Assembly: GCA_038087875.1 (NCBI GenBank)
Contig: CM075989.1
Coordinates: 22,508,001 to 22,572,000 of the forward strand
Direction of reading: 5' to 3'
Source of the DNA: Malacoraja senta
Lineage: Eukaryota
DNA length: 64,000 nucleotides
Positions 24,751 through 38,044 of this stretch are shown here, in pieces. The notes beneath the pieces are model-generated. The model was not told the DNA's origin and made no database searches. It saw nothing but the letters and a program-made list of their open reading frames with translations. The position numbers and the translations under genes are program-made. Position 1 is the stretch's first letter. Every line of letters begins with the position of its first letter.

Positions 24751-26029
24751 GTGATCAATCTACGTTGAAACTTAGATTACACTTCAAGTACTAAATACAG
24801 TTCTGGTAATCATATTATAGAAAGGATACAGAGGCTTTGGCGAGTCTGTGGAGAAGATTTCCTAGTTTTGTTACCACACATTTCAATGTACACATACATA
24901 AAAGAAGGAAGAACAGACTTGATTTTTTTTTCTAACTTGAGAAAAGATGAAAGTCTTCAAAATTAGGAAGGTTTTTGAACAAATGGATGAAAAGAGTATT
25001 TCAGCTTGCAAGGTTTAAGCACAGCTGAAAGCCATTAATCTCAAATAGTCATCAAGAAATCTAATGGGCAATTAAGAAGAATCTTCCTTGCCCAAAAAGT
25101 GATGAGTGTGGATGAAGCAAAAAGTAAAGCTGCATCTAAAGTTCGCCAGACAAACATGTGGGGGAGAAACAAATAGAGAGAGAGAAAAAAGAGGTTCTAA
25201 AGAAGGGTCTTGATCCGAAACGACACCCATTTGGCACCGTATCCGGCTTGGGGCAGAGTTTGAACAGTCAATTTTTAGTTAAGTTCCTTACCCACTAGCG
25301 TTGTGCAGCATGTATTAACTGCTGGCCTGCAACTTCAGATGAAAAACTGCATCTCATTGCCCATAAGATAACACATTGCTGTGCCTTCATTCTACACGAT
25401 AGCACTCTTACCCAGACCACCTGTCGATACTGATCGAAGAGACAATGAAAGGATACGGGAAGAAAGTTGACCTTCACTATTTGTGGAACCGCCACTCCGC
25501 AAAGCAAAGACTGCATCTCGACTTGCAGGTAAAGCAGGATTAGATGGAGCAGAAATCACTCTTCTCTTCTCTGCTTGGCTCTAATAATGTGCTGTAGCCT
25601 CAAACTAATAAGAAAGCCAGAAAGGCACTTGTTTCATTACTCTTGCCAGCCATAGCTGTCCCTCTGACTGTGATTGCCTGGCCCATTAGATGCTTGTATC
25701 AGACTGCACTCTCTCGTTATGTGTCAGATCCACACTTGAAGGGGTTTTTGCTTAAGTGGTGCAACCTAAATGTTAAGCTCACGTCTCAGAGGCAGCAGGC
25801 CAAAATATAAGCCTCTTGGACTATGCTATCCCTCCAAAAGAGTTTGATACAAGAATAAAAGGTAAATCCATGTAATTATTAACTAATAGCAGTGAAGAAG
25901 GGTCTCAACTCGAAACATCACCCATTCCTTCTCTCCAGAGATGCTGCCTGTCCCACTGAGTTACTACTGCTTTTTGTGTTTAATTATTAACTGGGTAAGA
26001 TTCAGCCATCTTCCTTCCAGATACTAATG

Positions 26030-26432
26030 ATAGAAGCATAGAAACATAGAAAATAGGTGCAGGAGTAGGCCATTCGGCCCTTCGAGCCTGCACCGCCATT
26101 CAATATGATCATGGCTGATCATCCAACTCAGTATCCTGTACCTGCCTTCTCTCCATACCTCCTGATCCCTTTAGCCACAAGGGCCACATCGAACTCCCTC
26201 TTAAATATAGCCAATGAACTGGCCTCAACTACCTTCTGTGGCAGAGAATTCCAGAGATTCACCACTCTCTGTGTGAAAAATGTTTTTCTCATCTCGGTCC
26301 TAAAAGATTTCCCCCTTATTCTTAAACTATGACCCCTTGTTCTGGACTTCCCCAACATCGGGAACAATCTTCCTGAATCTAGCCTGTCCAACCACTTAAG
26401 AATTTTGTAAGTTTCTATAAGATCCCCCCTCA
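26030..26432 (-). mobile_element. CR1 LINE 3' fragment (young)
   Basis: LRGDLIETYKILKWLDRLDSGRLFPMLGKSRTRGHSLRIRGKSFRTEMRKTFFTQRVVNLWNSLP. Confidence 0.9.
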
Positions 26433-26500
26433 ATATCAATGATAGTTGAGAAATTTCCATTGCATGAATGCACAATCCATGCAGATGTTTAATTAAGTAT

Positions 26501-26803
26501 ATTTAGTTTTGAGATACAGCGCGGAAGCAGGCCCTTTGGCCCACTGAGTCCGTGCCGACTGACAATCCCCGCTCACTCCCACTATCCTACACACACTAGG
26601 GACAATTTACAATTTTATCAAAGCCAATTAACCTACAAACCTGTACGTCTTTGGAGTGTGGGAAGAAACCGGAGCACCTGCAGAGAACCCACGTAGGTCA
26701 CAGGGAGAAAGTACAATCTCCGTACAGACAGCACCCGGAGTCAGAATCGAACCCGGGTCCCTGGCGCTGTAAGGCAGCAACTCTACCACTGCGCCACCAC
26801 AGT
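26501..26803 (-). mobile_element. V-SINE copy
   Basis: Reverse complement of the family consensus. Confidence 0.9.
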
Positions 26804-26824
26804 GTAAAACATATGTACAAGATA

Positions 26825-26963
26825 TGGGAGATTGCAACCTTCACGTGGTCCACCCTGTTTCGACTAATGCAATCAATCCGACGTGCACAAACAAATAGAT
26901 CAAATAGAACAAGTTGACCTGCAACTTTAGGCTGTGCACGCCATACGCAAGAAGAAGAAGCAG
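26825..26963 (+). mobile_element. Ribozyme-headed short retroposon, copy 3 (about 4 nt 5'-truncated)
   Basis: TGGGAGATTGCAACCTTCACGTGGTCCACCCTGTTTCGACTAATGCAATC...(AAG)4; flanking direct repeat AAGATAT at 26819-25 and 26964-70. Confidence 0.85.
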
Positions 26964-28149
26964 AAGATATTGGTGTTAGAGAAGGAACTGCAGATGCTGG
27001 AAAATCGAAGGTACACAAAAATGCTGGAGAAACTCAGCGGGTGCAGCAGCATCTATGGAGCGAAGGAAATAGGTAACGTTTCGGGCCGAAACCCTTCTTC
27101 AGACGATATTGGTGATGGATTTGAATAATTTAAGAAAAAAAAAAATGTTTTTTAAAAAATTGCCTTAAGTTTACGCCTTTGAACTTTGAATCCTTTTAAT
27201 GACCTTACACATCAGGTCCAAGGTGCATGCAGAGTCCATAGTGAAGCTGCTTTGTCACGGAGGCTTTGCACTAATTGATGTAATTAGATCCTAATTTTCC
27301 ACTTTTGGTCTCTATAATCTTAATGTTACAACAAATCTGTCCTTGATTTATGTTGCATTCTCTGTTTGGTCTCAGTTAAGTTCTACTTAAGGGCAGAACT
27401 CGTGGTATGAGATCATATTAACGTTTGAGGACTTTCCGAGCAGCCCTGAGAGGTCTCTCCGTCTGCAGAGGTGACTTTTAAGGTTGACTGCTCTTTGGCA
27501 TCTTGCACCTGGCATTTGCAGACTATTCAGGTTGTAAAGCTGACGTCTTTCTTGAAAAAATAATATCTAAGGTCAGGCTCAATAAACCACCAAGAATCTC
27601 ACATCATTTTCCCAGCCATACTTCCCTTCAAATTATTATTTTTTAGATTAAAATTGATAATGAAACCCTATTGCTGAGTGTTCTATTACAGGCTCCTGCT
27701 TGTTTTAGTTTGACATTGTAAGGAGTATAGTTAGTAACATTACTAATTGATTCATCATTTACATCATCACAAATATTAAAAAGGCAAAATTGTATTATAT
27801 TACCTATCCTATATTGATAATGAGTACAAAGGGGTGAAATACACAAAATACATGTTTTCTTCAATATATAAAATTAACTAATTAGAAAATGTAGCTTACT
27901 TGAGTTTAATTTATTGTCATGTGTACCCAGGTAGAGTGAAAAGCCTAGAGCAGTAAAAGCAGAAAATACTGGAAAAACTCAACAGGTTAGGGATCATCTG
28001 TGGAAGATGAACAGTTCATGTTCCAAGTCATCAAATCCATCTGATGCAAGATATTAGACATGAAATTGTATCCACCCATTACCAACGCTACATTAATTGT
28101 TTTCATTTTTATTCTCTTTACATTCTCATCGACCATCCCCATGGGTAAA

Positions 28150-28970
28150 TATCATCAGTAACTTCTCCAGGAAGAGCCATATCCAAGCAATGGCCAGGAA
28201 AGCACACCAATGCCTCTACTTCCTCAGAAGGCTTAAGGGCCTGTCCCACTAGGCGATTTTTTAGCTGACTGCCGGCAACTGTCATAGTCGTAGCAGGCGA
28301 CTGGACTAATGGGCCTGTCCCACTTAGGCGATTTTTTAGGCAACTGCCAGCGACTACGACAATGGAATTCACCAAAGTAAGCCCCGGCGACAACCTACAT
28401 CACCTGGCGACAACCTACGACAGCACCTACGTCAGGAGAAGACAAGCTACGACAAGCCCACGGTAGCCGACTGTCGCCAAAAGGTTTTGAACATTTCAAA
28501 ATCCAGCGGCGACAAGAAAAAAGCTACGACTCTTTGGGCGAATGAGGAGACGACTCACGACCATACAGGCGACACCCCGGCAACCGTGTGGCGACAGCCT
28601 AGTCACCGGCAGTCACCTAAAAAATCGCCTAAGTGGGACAGGCCCATTAGGTCCATGGGCAAATCCCCCTACAACTCTCACCAACCTCCACTGATGCACC
28701 ATAGACAGCACTTTATCAGGATGCATCACAGCATGGTTCGGGAACAACTCCATCCAAGACCGCAAGGAATTGTACGGAATTGCGGACGCAGCCCAGACCA
28801 TCACACAAACCGACCTCCCTTCTATTGACTCCATCTACACTTCACGCTGCCTCGGCAAGGCCAGCAGCATAATCAACGATGAGTCGCACCCCGGTCACTC
28901 CCTCTTCTCCCCTCTCCCATCAGGCAAGAGGTATATAAGTGTGAAAAGGCACGTCTCCATGTTTAGGGAC
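28150..28970 (+). mobile_element. Rex1/Babar LINE fragment interrupted by a MITE
   Basis: KAHQCLYFLRRL before the MITE and AAQTITQTDLPSIDSIYTSRCLGKASSII after it. Confidence 0.8.
28236..28646. mobile_element. PIF/Harbinger-like MITE with two left TIRs
   Basis: TTA|AGGGCCTGTCCCACT at 28236; second TAA|TGGGCCTGTCCCACTT at 28310; single right TIR ...GGGACAGGCCCA|TTA. Confidence 0.85.
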
Positions 28971-29529
28971 CGTTTATGCGAATAGAAAGCTATCTTCGTT
29001 ATTCTACATATGCTTGCAAACATATTTACATAAAATGTTTTTCTTAGTGTGATGGAACTCAAAAACATCAATGCGTTTTATGACTACAGAATCAAAAGCA
29101 TGATATTCAAAAGATTTAGATTCAAAAGATGACCATGCTTTGTCCCATTGAGTTACTCCAGCACTTAGATCTTTTTTTGTACACCAGCATTTGCAATTCC
29201 TTGTTTCTAAGTTCATCTCGAACCTGATGCAAAAATAACATTATTTAAGTTCTGATGAAATATCGTTGACCACATTCTCCACGGGTGCTCTCTGACCTGC
29301 TGAGTATTTGCAGCATTTGCTATTGGATTTCAAAATGTTCACGCCTGTAATATTTTGCTATTATATAGTGGTAGATGGTTACATAATTCTGAGTAGTACC
29401 CAGGTTGAAAAGTAAAATTATCTTCAGATCTCCACATGAACAAGAAATCTATTGATGTCCAGAGATCAAAAGTCTTGGTTTAGAAATGACCATTTAGTTA
29501 CCCAATTAAAACAGGGAGATAAGCTTGAT

Positions 29530-30030
29530 GTTGTCAGGCTGGAAAGGGTGTAGAGAAGATTTACGAGGATTTTGCCAGGACACAAGGGCCTGAACTACAG
29601 GGAGAGGTTGAAAAGGCTGGGACTCTACTCCTTGGAGCACAGGAGGATGAGAGATGATGTTACAGAGGTGCACAAAATCATGAGAAGAATAGATCGGGTA
29701 GAAGCACAGTGTCTCTTGCCCTGAGTACAGGGATCGAGGACCAGAGTACATAGGTTTAGGGTGAGGGGGGGAAAGATTTAATAGGAACCCGAGGTGTAAC
29801 TTTTTCACACAAAGGGTGGTGGGTGTATGGAGCGAGCTGACGGAGGAGGTAGTTGAGGCTGGGATTATTGCAACGTTTAAAAAACATTTAGGCAGGCACG
29901 TGGACATGACAGGAATATGGGCCAAATGCAAGCAGGTGGGACTAGTGTAGATGGGACATGGTGTGGGCAAGTTGACCTGAAGGGCCTGTTTCCATTCTGT
30001 GTGACTATGATTCTATGACTACATGACTCT
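29530..30030 (+). mobile_element. CR1 LINE 3' fragment
   Basis: Decayed LERV.RRFTRILPG...GLYSLE...SRTR; CTATGA tail. Confidence 0.85.
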
Positions 30031-30817
30031 ACGAGACCAAAATTATCTTGCTAAAATACAAAATGCTGGAGGAACTCAGTGAATCAGGCAGCAACCGTGT
30101 AGAGAATGGACGGGCAATGTTTCAGGTCAGACTGAAGAAAGGTCCGACTCAAAATGTCGCCTGTCCATTCCCTCCGCAGATGCTGACTGACCCGTTGAGT
30201 TCCTCCAGCACTTTGTGTTTTGCTCAGAACTCCTGCATCTGCTGTTCCTTATGATGCTGCTTCGTGATCTTACTAAGTTGCTCCTTATTGTTTGACAGAA
30301 ACTTGCCAGATCCAGTAACTTCTCTGTTAATTAATTAGTCATCCAGGAATTTAGAAAAGTGATCCAGAGACACAGGCAGACATTTCATCCTGTAGAGTCA
30401 TAGAATGATACAGCGTGGAAACAGGCCCTTCAGCCCAACTTGCCCACACCGGCCAACATGTCCCAGCTACACCAGTCCCACCTGCCAGCATTTGGTCCAC
30501 ATCCCTCCCAACCTGTCCTATCCATGTGCCTGTCTAACTGTTTCTAAAATGTTGGGATAGTCAACATTTAAATGCTTGTTAAATGATGGAGAATTTAAAT
30601 TGTTAACTGATTAAATAAATCAAGAATAAAATCCTTGTAACAATAATGGAAATATTGGATTGGTTATGAAATTCTTTAGGGTCACAATATCCTTTATTGA
30701 TGTCATTCTTTCTGGTTTTCCCCTATATGGAACTCCAGAGCATTAACTTTTTATTGCCCTCTGGAATAGCATGAACTGAACAAAAATGGCTGCTCACCAC
30801 CACCTTCTCAGCTGCTC

Positions 30818-31136
30818 TTAGTTTAGTTTAGTTTAGTTTACAGATACAGCACAGAAACAGTGCCTTCAGCCCACAGAGTCTGCGCTGACCAGTGATCCCT
30901 GCACATTAACACTATCCTACACACACTAGGGATACTTTACAATTCAACCAAGGCAATTAACCTACAAATCTGGACGTCTTTGGAGTGTGGGAGGAAACCA
31001 GGGCACCCGGAGAGAACCCACGCAGGTCATGGGGAGAACGTACAAACTCTGTACAGACAGCACCTGTAGTCAGGATTGAAACCAGGTCTCTGGCGCTGTG
31101 AGGCAGCAACTCTACCGCTGCGCCACCGTGCCGCCC
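30818..31136 (-). mobile_element. V-SINE full length
   Basis: (TTTAG)n tail at the left, tRNA head at the right. Confidence 0.9.
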
Positions 31137-32295
31137 ACTTTTAGTAATGGGATTTAAATGCTCACCTTACCTGTGAAGCCCATAAACCCATGATTGCACC
31201 AGAAAACAGCTCAACATGGTATCAAAGACATGGCCACAGATTGCCACAGAAGAAAAACCTGTATTTAAAGTGGAAAGTTAATATATATAGTATAATCTCA
31301 ACATAATAAAAAGGAACTGCAGATGCTGGTTTATACCAAAGATAGACACAAAATGCTGGAGTAACTCAGCAGGTCAGGAGAAAATGAACAGGTGAAGCAA
31401 TAAAGACTAAAATGAGAATAATTCTGTGGCATAATACTCATTTCTGAAGAAAGGTCCCAACCGGAAACGTCATCTATCCATGTTCTCCAGAGATGCCGCC
31501 TGACCCGCTGAGTTACTCCAGCGTTTTGTGTCTATCTTTCTTATAATCTCAATATGATTTACGTTTGAGGTCCACAAATATTTACACATGAGTAACATCT
31601 GCCAGTATGTTGAATATTGAATCGGTCATTGCTGTTATTTTAACTCTACACATTTAAGAAATAAAGCATCGTAAGAGACAGGTTTAATTCCTTTTTATCG
31701 GGTTAAAATGGTGGTTGGCAGGTTGCAGTAAGAGGTGCCCTGGGAGTCAAGGACACAGTGTGTGTGTGAGATATTATGTCCTGGAGACTATTAGATTCGA
31801 TCAAATCTGGGTTACATTATCTACAAGTGTAGCACAAAGTACTGAATTGCATTGGTACTTTGCTAATGCAGACTGACAGATTACAGTAATGGAGTTCATA
31901 GAAGATTCTACCTGTTATAAACTAGACATTTCCCCTTGCTTCTTCTTGTCATCCTCATATTCAAAAATTATGATTCTCAGCAATCATTCTCACTTTGGTC
32001 TTTATTCTTTCTCTGCGTTGGTTCCTACCTGTGGTATGGTTTATAGTAGTTTATTTGGTCACGTGTACAGTGAAATTCATTTTTTGTATACAGTTCAGTC
32101 CAAGTATCATTGTGCATACTCTCAGATACAGTACAAGTGTATCGCAGTCGCACACTCAGACAATATACAGGGTCGCCAGTTTGGCCCCATTCTCCAGTCC
32201 GAGTTGCAGTGACCATTGTTTCATAGTTCCAGGCATTCTGTGCTCCATGTAAAGAAAATCACGCTATTCAGACAAGGCCCAGGGCTTTTCCCTAA

Positions 32296-32511
32296 AGGGC
32301 CTGTCCCGCTTGGCGAATTTTTTCACCGACATATCAGGGTCTCCAAAAGATTTTGAACATTTCAAAATCCAGCGGCAACAAAAAAATGTTGCGTCACTTG
32401 AAAAAGCACCGCACGTCATATGTCGTCACGCCGCAAATTTTTCGGTGACCTGACACGTCAGTCAATGACGCCGGCAGTCGGCGAAAAAAATCGCCAAGTG
32501 GGACAGGCCCT
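32296..32511. mobile_element. PIF/Harbinger-like MITE
   Basis: TAA|AGGGCCTGTCCCGCTTGGCGA ... TCGCCAAGTGGGACAGGCCCT|TAA, perfect TAA TSD. Confidence 0.9.
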
Positions 32512-34532
32512 TAACTGCGTAACACAATGCAATTCTCAGCATCATTCACTGTAAAAGGCTTGCGTAGGATATTCTGTGGGTCACCTCAAATATTATTTTG
32601 CTAAAGAAACACAAACAGTTTTGGCGAGGAATCCGACTAGCGCCCATTCTTGTTTTCGGAGGAACAATGACAGTAAAACTGCATCGCCCAAAGTGCATCA
32701 GTTAATTACAAAAATGAATTGCTAAAATTTGTTTCCAACCTCGCACAAGGTTTTCTCTCCGCTGTGTGCTCCACCTGCCTGCTGCAGCCACATTGCAGTG
32801 CCATTAGAAGCTATTATCAGTGAGTGTGTTTTCACGGTCACAGAGCATTACAGCAGAGGTCCCTCTAGGCTCAGATCGCATAACTATAAATCTATCCTTG
32901 CGCGTCTTGTTTCAATGTACTCAGCTACAGCTTTACCCCTTATTTTTTTGGCACATGCACCTTGACCTTACCTGACACTGCACATATGTGGGAAGAGGAA
33001 GTTCACAGTCAACGGTCAATGGTAAATAAATCTCTGGTGAACTATTAGGTTACACCATTTTTTTTCTCTCTCTCTTCCTATGAAATGAATGCTTAGATGA
33101 CAGTTGGCTTGAAAATGGATAGATATAGGCCAGGTCAAATTTAAGTGGCAATGAAATATCTTTGACTTGAAGACCGGAGAACAAAAACTTTGAAATAATT
33201 TTCACTGTGTCAAGCTGTCTGCATCATTCACTCTCCAAATACCTGCTGGCTCACATTAATCACAATGCAAAGCAGGTTTCTCTGCTTGGCCCAAGGTTTC
33301 TGGAGAATTTCAAAGATAGAAATTGGGCACTTTATCATCTTAGGTTCGCCTGGTCAAACCTGTGGTCAGTTTTAATGTAGGCTTAAATTATAACTGGTGA
33401 CAATTCTTTCTCAATTTATTATTGTACCATAAACACTGCTCGATCCTAAGTAATGACTGCAGTTAAGTTTAAACTGAGGTGAGGCAGTTAGGGAAAGCGG
33501 GACATTATAATAATTTTATGATGTTACGAAGATATAAATATTTTGACAACATAATATTCTCATGTTCCCTGCAAATACCCACACGGGTTAAGAAAACATT
33601 GCTTTGACCTTAAATTTTTGGTTTGTATGAAGTGGGATGAAAAGCACATTAGTAATGATGCTACCGTATGTACTTTTATTTAATCTCATAATAATTTATC
33701 GTTTCCCCAGCCCATTCCTTTTTATGCCAGGAAGCAAACACTATCGATGGAATAAGTTAAAGATCAGTCTATCGGATTAAGTCACAGACTAAAAAAAACA
33801 CTCTTTCCTTAATGACTAGAATGAGTAATTATGATTTTTTTTAAAAAAATCTCCTGGATTCATTTCAAAATTCAGCCCCTGTGCGGAAAGGGCACTTCTT
33901 TAAGGTTGGCTGGGGACTGCATTGTTGGAGGGATGTAACTGGAGCTCATGCCAGCTGCTGATTTGCACTTGTGCTCCTCGCGCCAACCGGATTAGATGTA
34001 ACCAATATTAAACACCAAGTTCTATTTGCCAACACCTTTATCCTGACCCTTGATAAATGGTTTCTAGTAAAGTATGATATGTATTCTGTTATTGCAGCCC
34101 CTTCAAATAATTGTGGTTCACAAGTTTATCAGTGGCGGTGATTTATCAATGTGTCCCAAAAACTGAACAGGCTGTGGGAGGAATGATGATGGTCATAGCC
34201 CCACCCTACTAACAATGACGTGCGTTTGAATTCAAACGCTCTTTGTATGAACATTGTTGCAATTAGTGAAATATTTTCTTCTTTGCTGCATTTGTTGGCT
34301 GTAAAGGAAATTTACAGGAAAAGGCAATGCGGTTAAAAAACTACAGCTCGATGCACAAAATGCATTAACCATTCGGGGGGAGGTTTTGCAGAAATAACAC
34401 CGAATTTTGAACGACTAAGAGTCTTGAAATATACAGAAACTATGAAGCACTTCTTTAATTCCCAGTGTTTTTTTTAAATTGCATTGGCAAAAATTTAAGG
34501 AATCTTCAAAGGCAAAAAAAAACACCACATAC

Positions 34533-34853
34533 CGGGTGGCATGGTGGCGCAGCAGTAGAGTTGCTGCCTTATACAGCGCCAGACACTGTAGTTCAATCCT
34601 GACTACAGGTGTTGTCTGTATGAAGTTTGTACGTTCTCCCCATCACCTGCGTAGGTTTTCTCTGAGATGTTCCGTTTCCTCCCACACTCCAAAGACGTAC
34701 AGGTTTGTAGGTTAATTGGCTTTGGTAAAATTGTAAATTGTCCCTGGTGTGTGTAGGATAGAGATAATGTGCGGGGATCGCTGGTCGGCACGGACCCGGT
34801 GGGCTGAAGGGCCTGTTTCCGTGCTGTATCTCTAAACTAAACTAAAAACTAAA
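34533..34853 (+). mobile_element. V-SINE full length
   Basis: Head, V-domain, CR1-like tail and (CTAAA)n. Confidence 0.9.
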
Positions 34854-35448
34854 AAACACTTTATAAAATGTCTGTCTCTCCGCAAATTAATTTAAAAAAA
34901 TAATACAGTGAGCTTTATTGTGAATTCAGTCATCGCAGTCTGCATTAGTCTGGGTCCTTTAATAAAGCTAACAATTCCAGGGTTGGATCTGATTCCATTG
35001 GATCAGGCTAAGGAGTCACAGCTTCATTTAAACCTTCCTTGTCGTTGTGTCCATTATGTCGATGTGGGTGAGATTAATGAGAATGCTGTTTAACCTGAGA
35101 TCGCCTCACGGTGTCACCGAGGTGCACTACCATTAATGTTCCCTGGACCGCCCGTTTCCACCGACTCTAACCCATAGATATTGCATGTCCTTTAAAAGAG
35201 AACTGACTGGAGTCAACACATGCACCACAGGCCAGGGTGCAAGCATGGTAAATCCTGTTCTGAATAGCTCTCTTCCACTCTCGATAAATCGCGGAGACAT
35301 CTTGCTGACCAAGGTCTTCAGCGAACATGAAATTCTAACAGTGGGAAATGCAAATATCCATATGATGATCTCCTTATCAATATATCTCTTTTGCCCTAAT
35401 TATCAAAGCCTATCTCTTTTGACTAAAGAGATAAATTTATTTCAGTTC

Positions 35449-36040
35449 TAGTTTAGACTTTAAAACGTAGACTTTAGAGACACAGAGCAGAATCAGGCTC
35501 TTCGGCCCACCGAGTCCGTGCTGACCAGCGATCCCCGCACACTAACACTACCCCACACACACTAGGGGCAATTTGTATTTTTTACTGAAGCCAATTAACC
35601 TACAAACACAGTTTAAGAATAAGGAGTAAGCCATTTAGAACGGAGACGAGGAAACACTTTTTCTCACAGAGAGTGGTGAGTCTGTGGAATTCTCTGCCTC
35701 AGAGGGCGGTGGAGGCAGGTTCTCTGGATGCTTTCAAGAGAGAGCTAGATAGGGCTCTTAAAAATAGCGGAGTCAGGGGATATGGGGAGAAGGCAGGAAC
35801 GGGGTACTGATTGGGGATGATCAGCCATGATGCCAAATGGCCTACTCCTACACCTATTGTCTATTGTCTATTGTCTAAACCTGTACGGCTTGGGAGTGTG
35901 GGAGGAAATCGGAGCACCCGGAGAAAACCCACACAGGTCACGAGGAGAAAGTACAAACTCCGTACAGACAGCACCCGTAGTCAGGATTGAACCCGGGTCT
36001 CTGGTACTGTAAGGCAGTTACTCTATCCTGCGACACTATG
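35449..36040 (-). mobile_element. V-SINE interrupted by a plus-strand CR1 3' fragment (about 35608-35877)
   Basis: SINE ...AACCTACAAAC resumes as ...AAACCTGTACG after the CR1 piece (RTETRKHFFSQRVVSLWNSLP). Confidence 0.85.
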
Positions 36041-36264
36041 CAGGGCTAGTTCTATCAATAGAGATTTTTTTTAACATCTATTTGCCGAAAGCTAAATTAA
36101 TCATTTGTGCATCTACATTCGATTTAAACCAGCATCTGCAGTTCTTTCCTACACAAAAGAAGCCAGCTTGGTTGGCATCTCATCCACCAGATTAAACATT
36201 AATTCTCTACAAAATCGATACAGTCGTGTATCTCATCTATACAACGCGAGCAGTTACTCATCTC

Positions 36265-36440
36265 CAGTTCAGTTTCAGTTTAGTTTATTGTGACGTGCGT
36301 CAAGGTAGAGTGAAAAGTTTTTATTGCGTGCTAACCAGTCAGCGGAAAGACAATACATGATTACAATCGAGCGATTCACAGTGTACAGATACATGATAAG
36401 GGGATAACGTTTAGTTCAAGGTAAGGCCAGCAAAGCCACC
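36265..36440 (-). mobile_element. Rex1/Babar 3' UTR fragment
   Basis: Reverse complement of 8690-8847. Confidence 0.8.
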
Positions 36441-36777
36441 TAACCTTCTCTGACAACATCTCCCAACTTTGTGGCCTCCACCACTACGAAGGACAATGGC
36501 ACCTTGGAGATTCCCCTGACTTGAAAACTCCTTGCTCCCCATTCCTCATCACTAGGTCTAAATTGGGAATTCTCTCTCCCAAATTACAGCTATTCCCGTA
36601 ACTGAGAAATGAAGTAGATTCGAGAAGGTAGCTCACCACCACACTATCGTGGGCAGCACATAAGCGATAAATGATACCCTTGCAATTAATGCCCACACCT
36701 TATTAATAAATAGGGTCTTAATGTTATTTTTACATTGACCAGAGTACATTATCAACATGTGGCACAAAGAAGACCTG

Positions 36778-37690
36778 GGGCGACCTGCTGGCGCAGCGGT
36801 AGAGTTGCTGCCTTGCAGCATCAGAGACCTGGGTTCGATCCTGACTACGGGTGCAGTCTGTATGGAGTTTGCACGTTCTCCCTGTACAGGTTTGTAGGTT
36901 AATTTGGCTTTGGTAAATGTTGTAAATTGTCCCTCATGTGTAGGACACTGCTAGTGTACGGGGTCGCTGGTCAGTACAGACTCGGTGGGCTGAAGGGCCT
37001 GTTTCTGTGCTAGATCTCTGAACTGAACCAACCTAAATGACAGGAAGCACTGCTGAAGAACTGCTTTGACAACAAAACTAACCACTAATTTCCTCATTAC
37101 ATCAGTGGTAACACAAAGCATGGTAGTCTGACCTGTAGATCAGTCTGGGTCACAGGGATAGCATTCAAGCAACACATTAATAGGACTTAATTACAAAAAT
37201 GCCAGTGAAACTATGATTTTCACCAGAACTTCCAGGTCATGAGTCACAAACCCAAGTTGACTCCAATCCATCTGGGGAGTTGGAGTCGTTTTAATGACTG
37301 AATAATTAGTCAAGATGGTGAAACTTTTCCTATTTTGACTGCATATAAAAGTATTTTCAATATATTCAAAGAGTTAATTGTATTTTTGATAAGAGAAAGC
37401 TTTACAAGAATCACCTCACAGCACCAGAGACCCAGGTTCGATCCTGACTACGGGTGCTGTCTGTAGGGAGTTTGTACCTTCTCCCCGTGACCTGTGTAGG
37501 TTTTTTCCAAGATCTTTGGTTTCCTTCCACACTCCAAAGACGTACAGGTTTGTGGGATAATTGGCTTGGTGTGAATGTAAATTGTCCCAACTGTGTGTAA
37601 GATAGTGTTAGTGTGTGGCAATCGCTGGTCAGTGCAGACTCGGTGGGCCGAAGGGCCTGTTTACGCACTGTATCTCTGAACTGAGCTAAA
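36778..37690 (+). mobile_element. Two V-SINE copies (about 36778-37030 and 37413-37690)
   Basis: Family motifs on the plus strand. Confidence 0.8.
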
Positions 37691-38044
37691 CCTCAAAGTA
37701 CAAAATTTCTAACTTACCAAGTTGTTTTACTTCAGTCCAAAACATGTTAAATTTACAAAGAAGTATTAAGCAGCTTCTTACTTTCCCATTGTTATCAATT
37801 AACAGATTTCCTCTGGTGACATCCAGACTAAGGAGCCATAAATCTAACAGGATCTTTAGAAATCAAGTATTCACAAGAAACCTCTTTGCTCAGAGAGAGG
37901 TTAGAAGGTGGTTGAGTTAAGCAGACCAGTCTAGTTGTATTTCTGTGCAAGTTTAAATAAGCATCAGGGGGAGAGAAATGTATCCGTCAGATGATGTGTG
38001 GAAGAGGAGCAACATGTCTAAGTTGAGGTTTATTATTTTTACAG

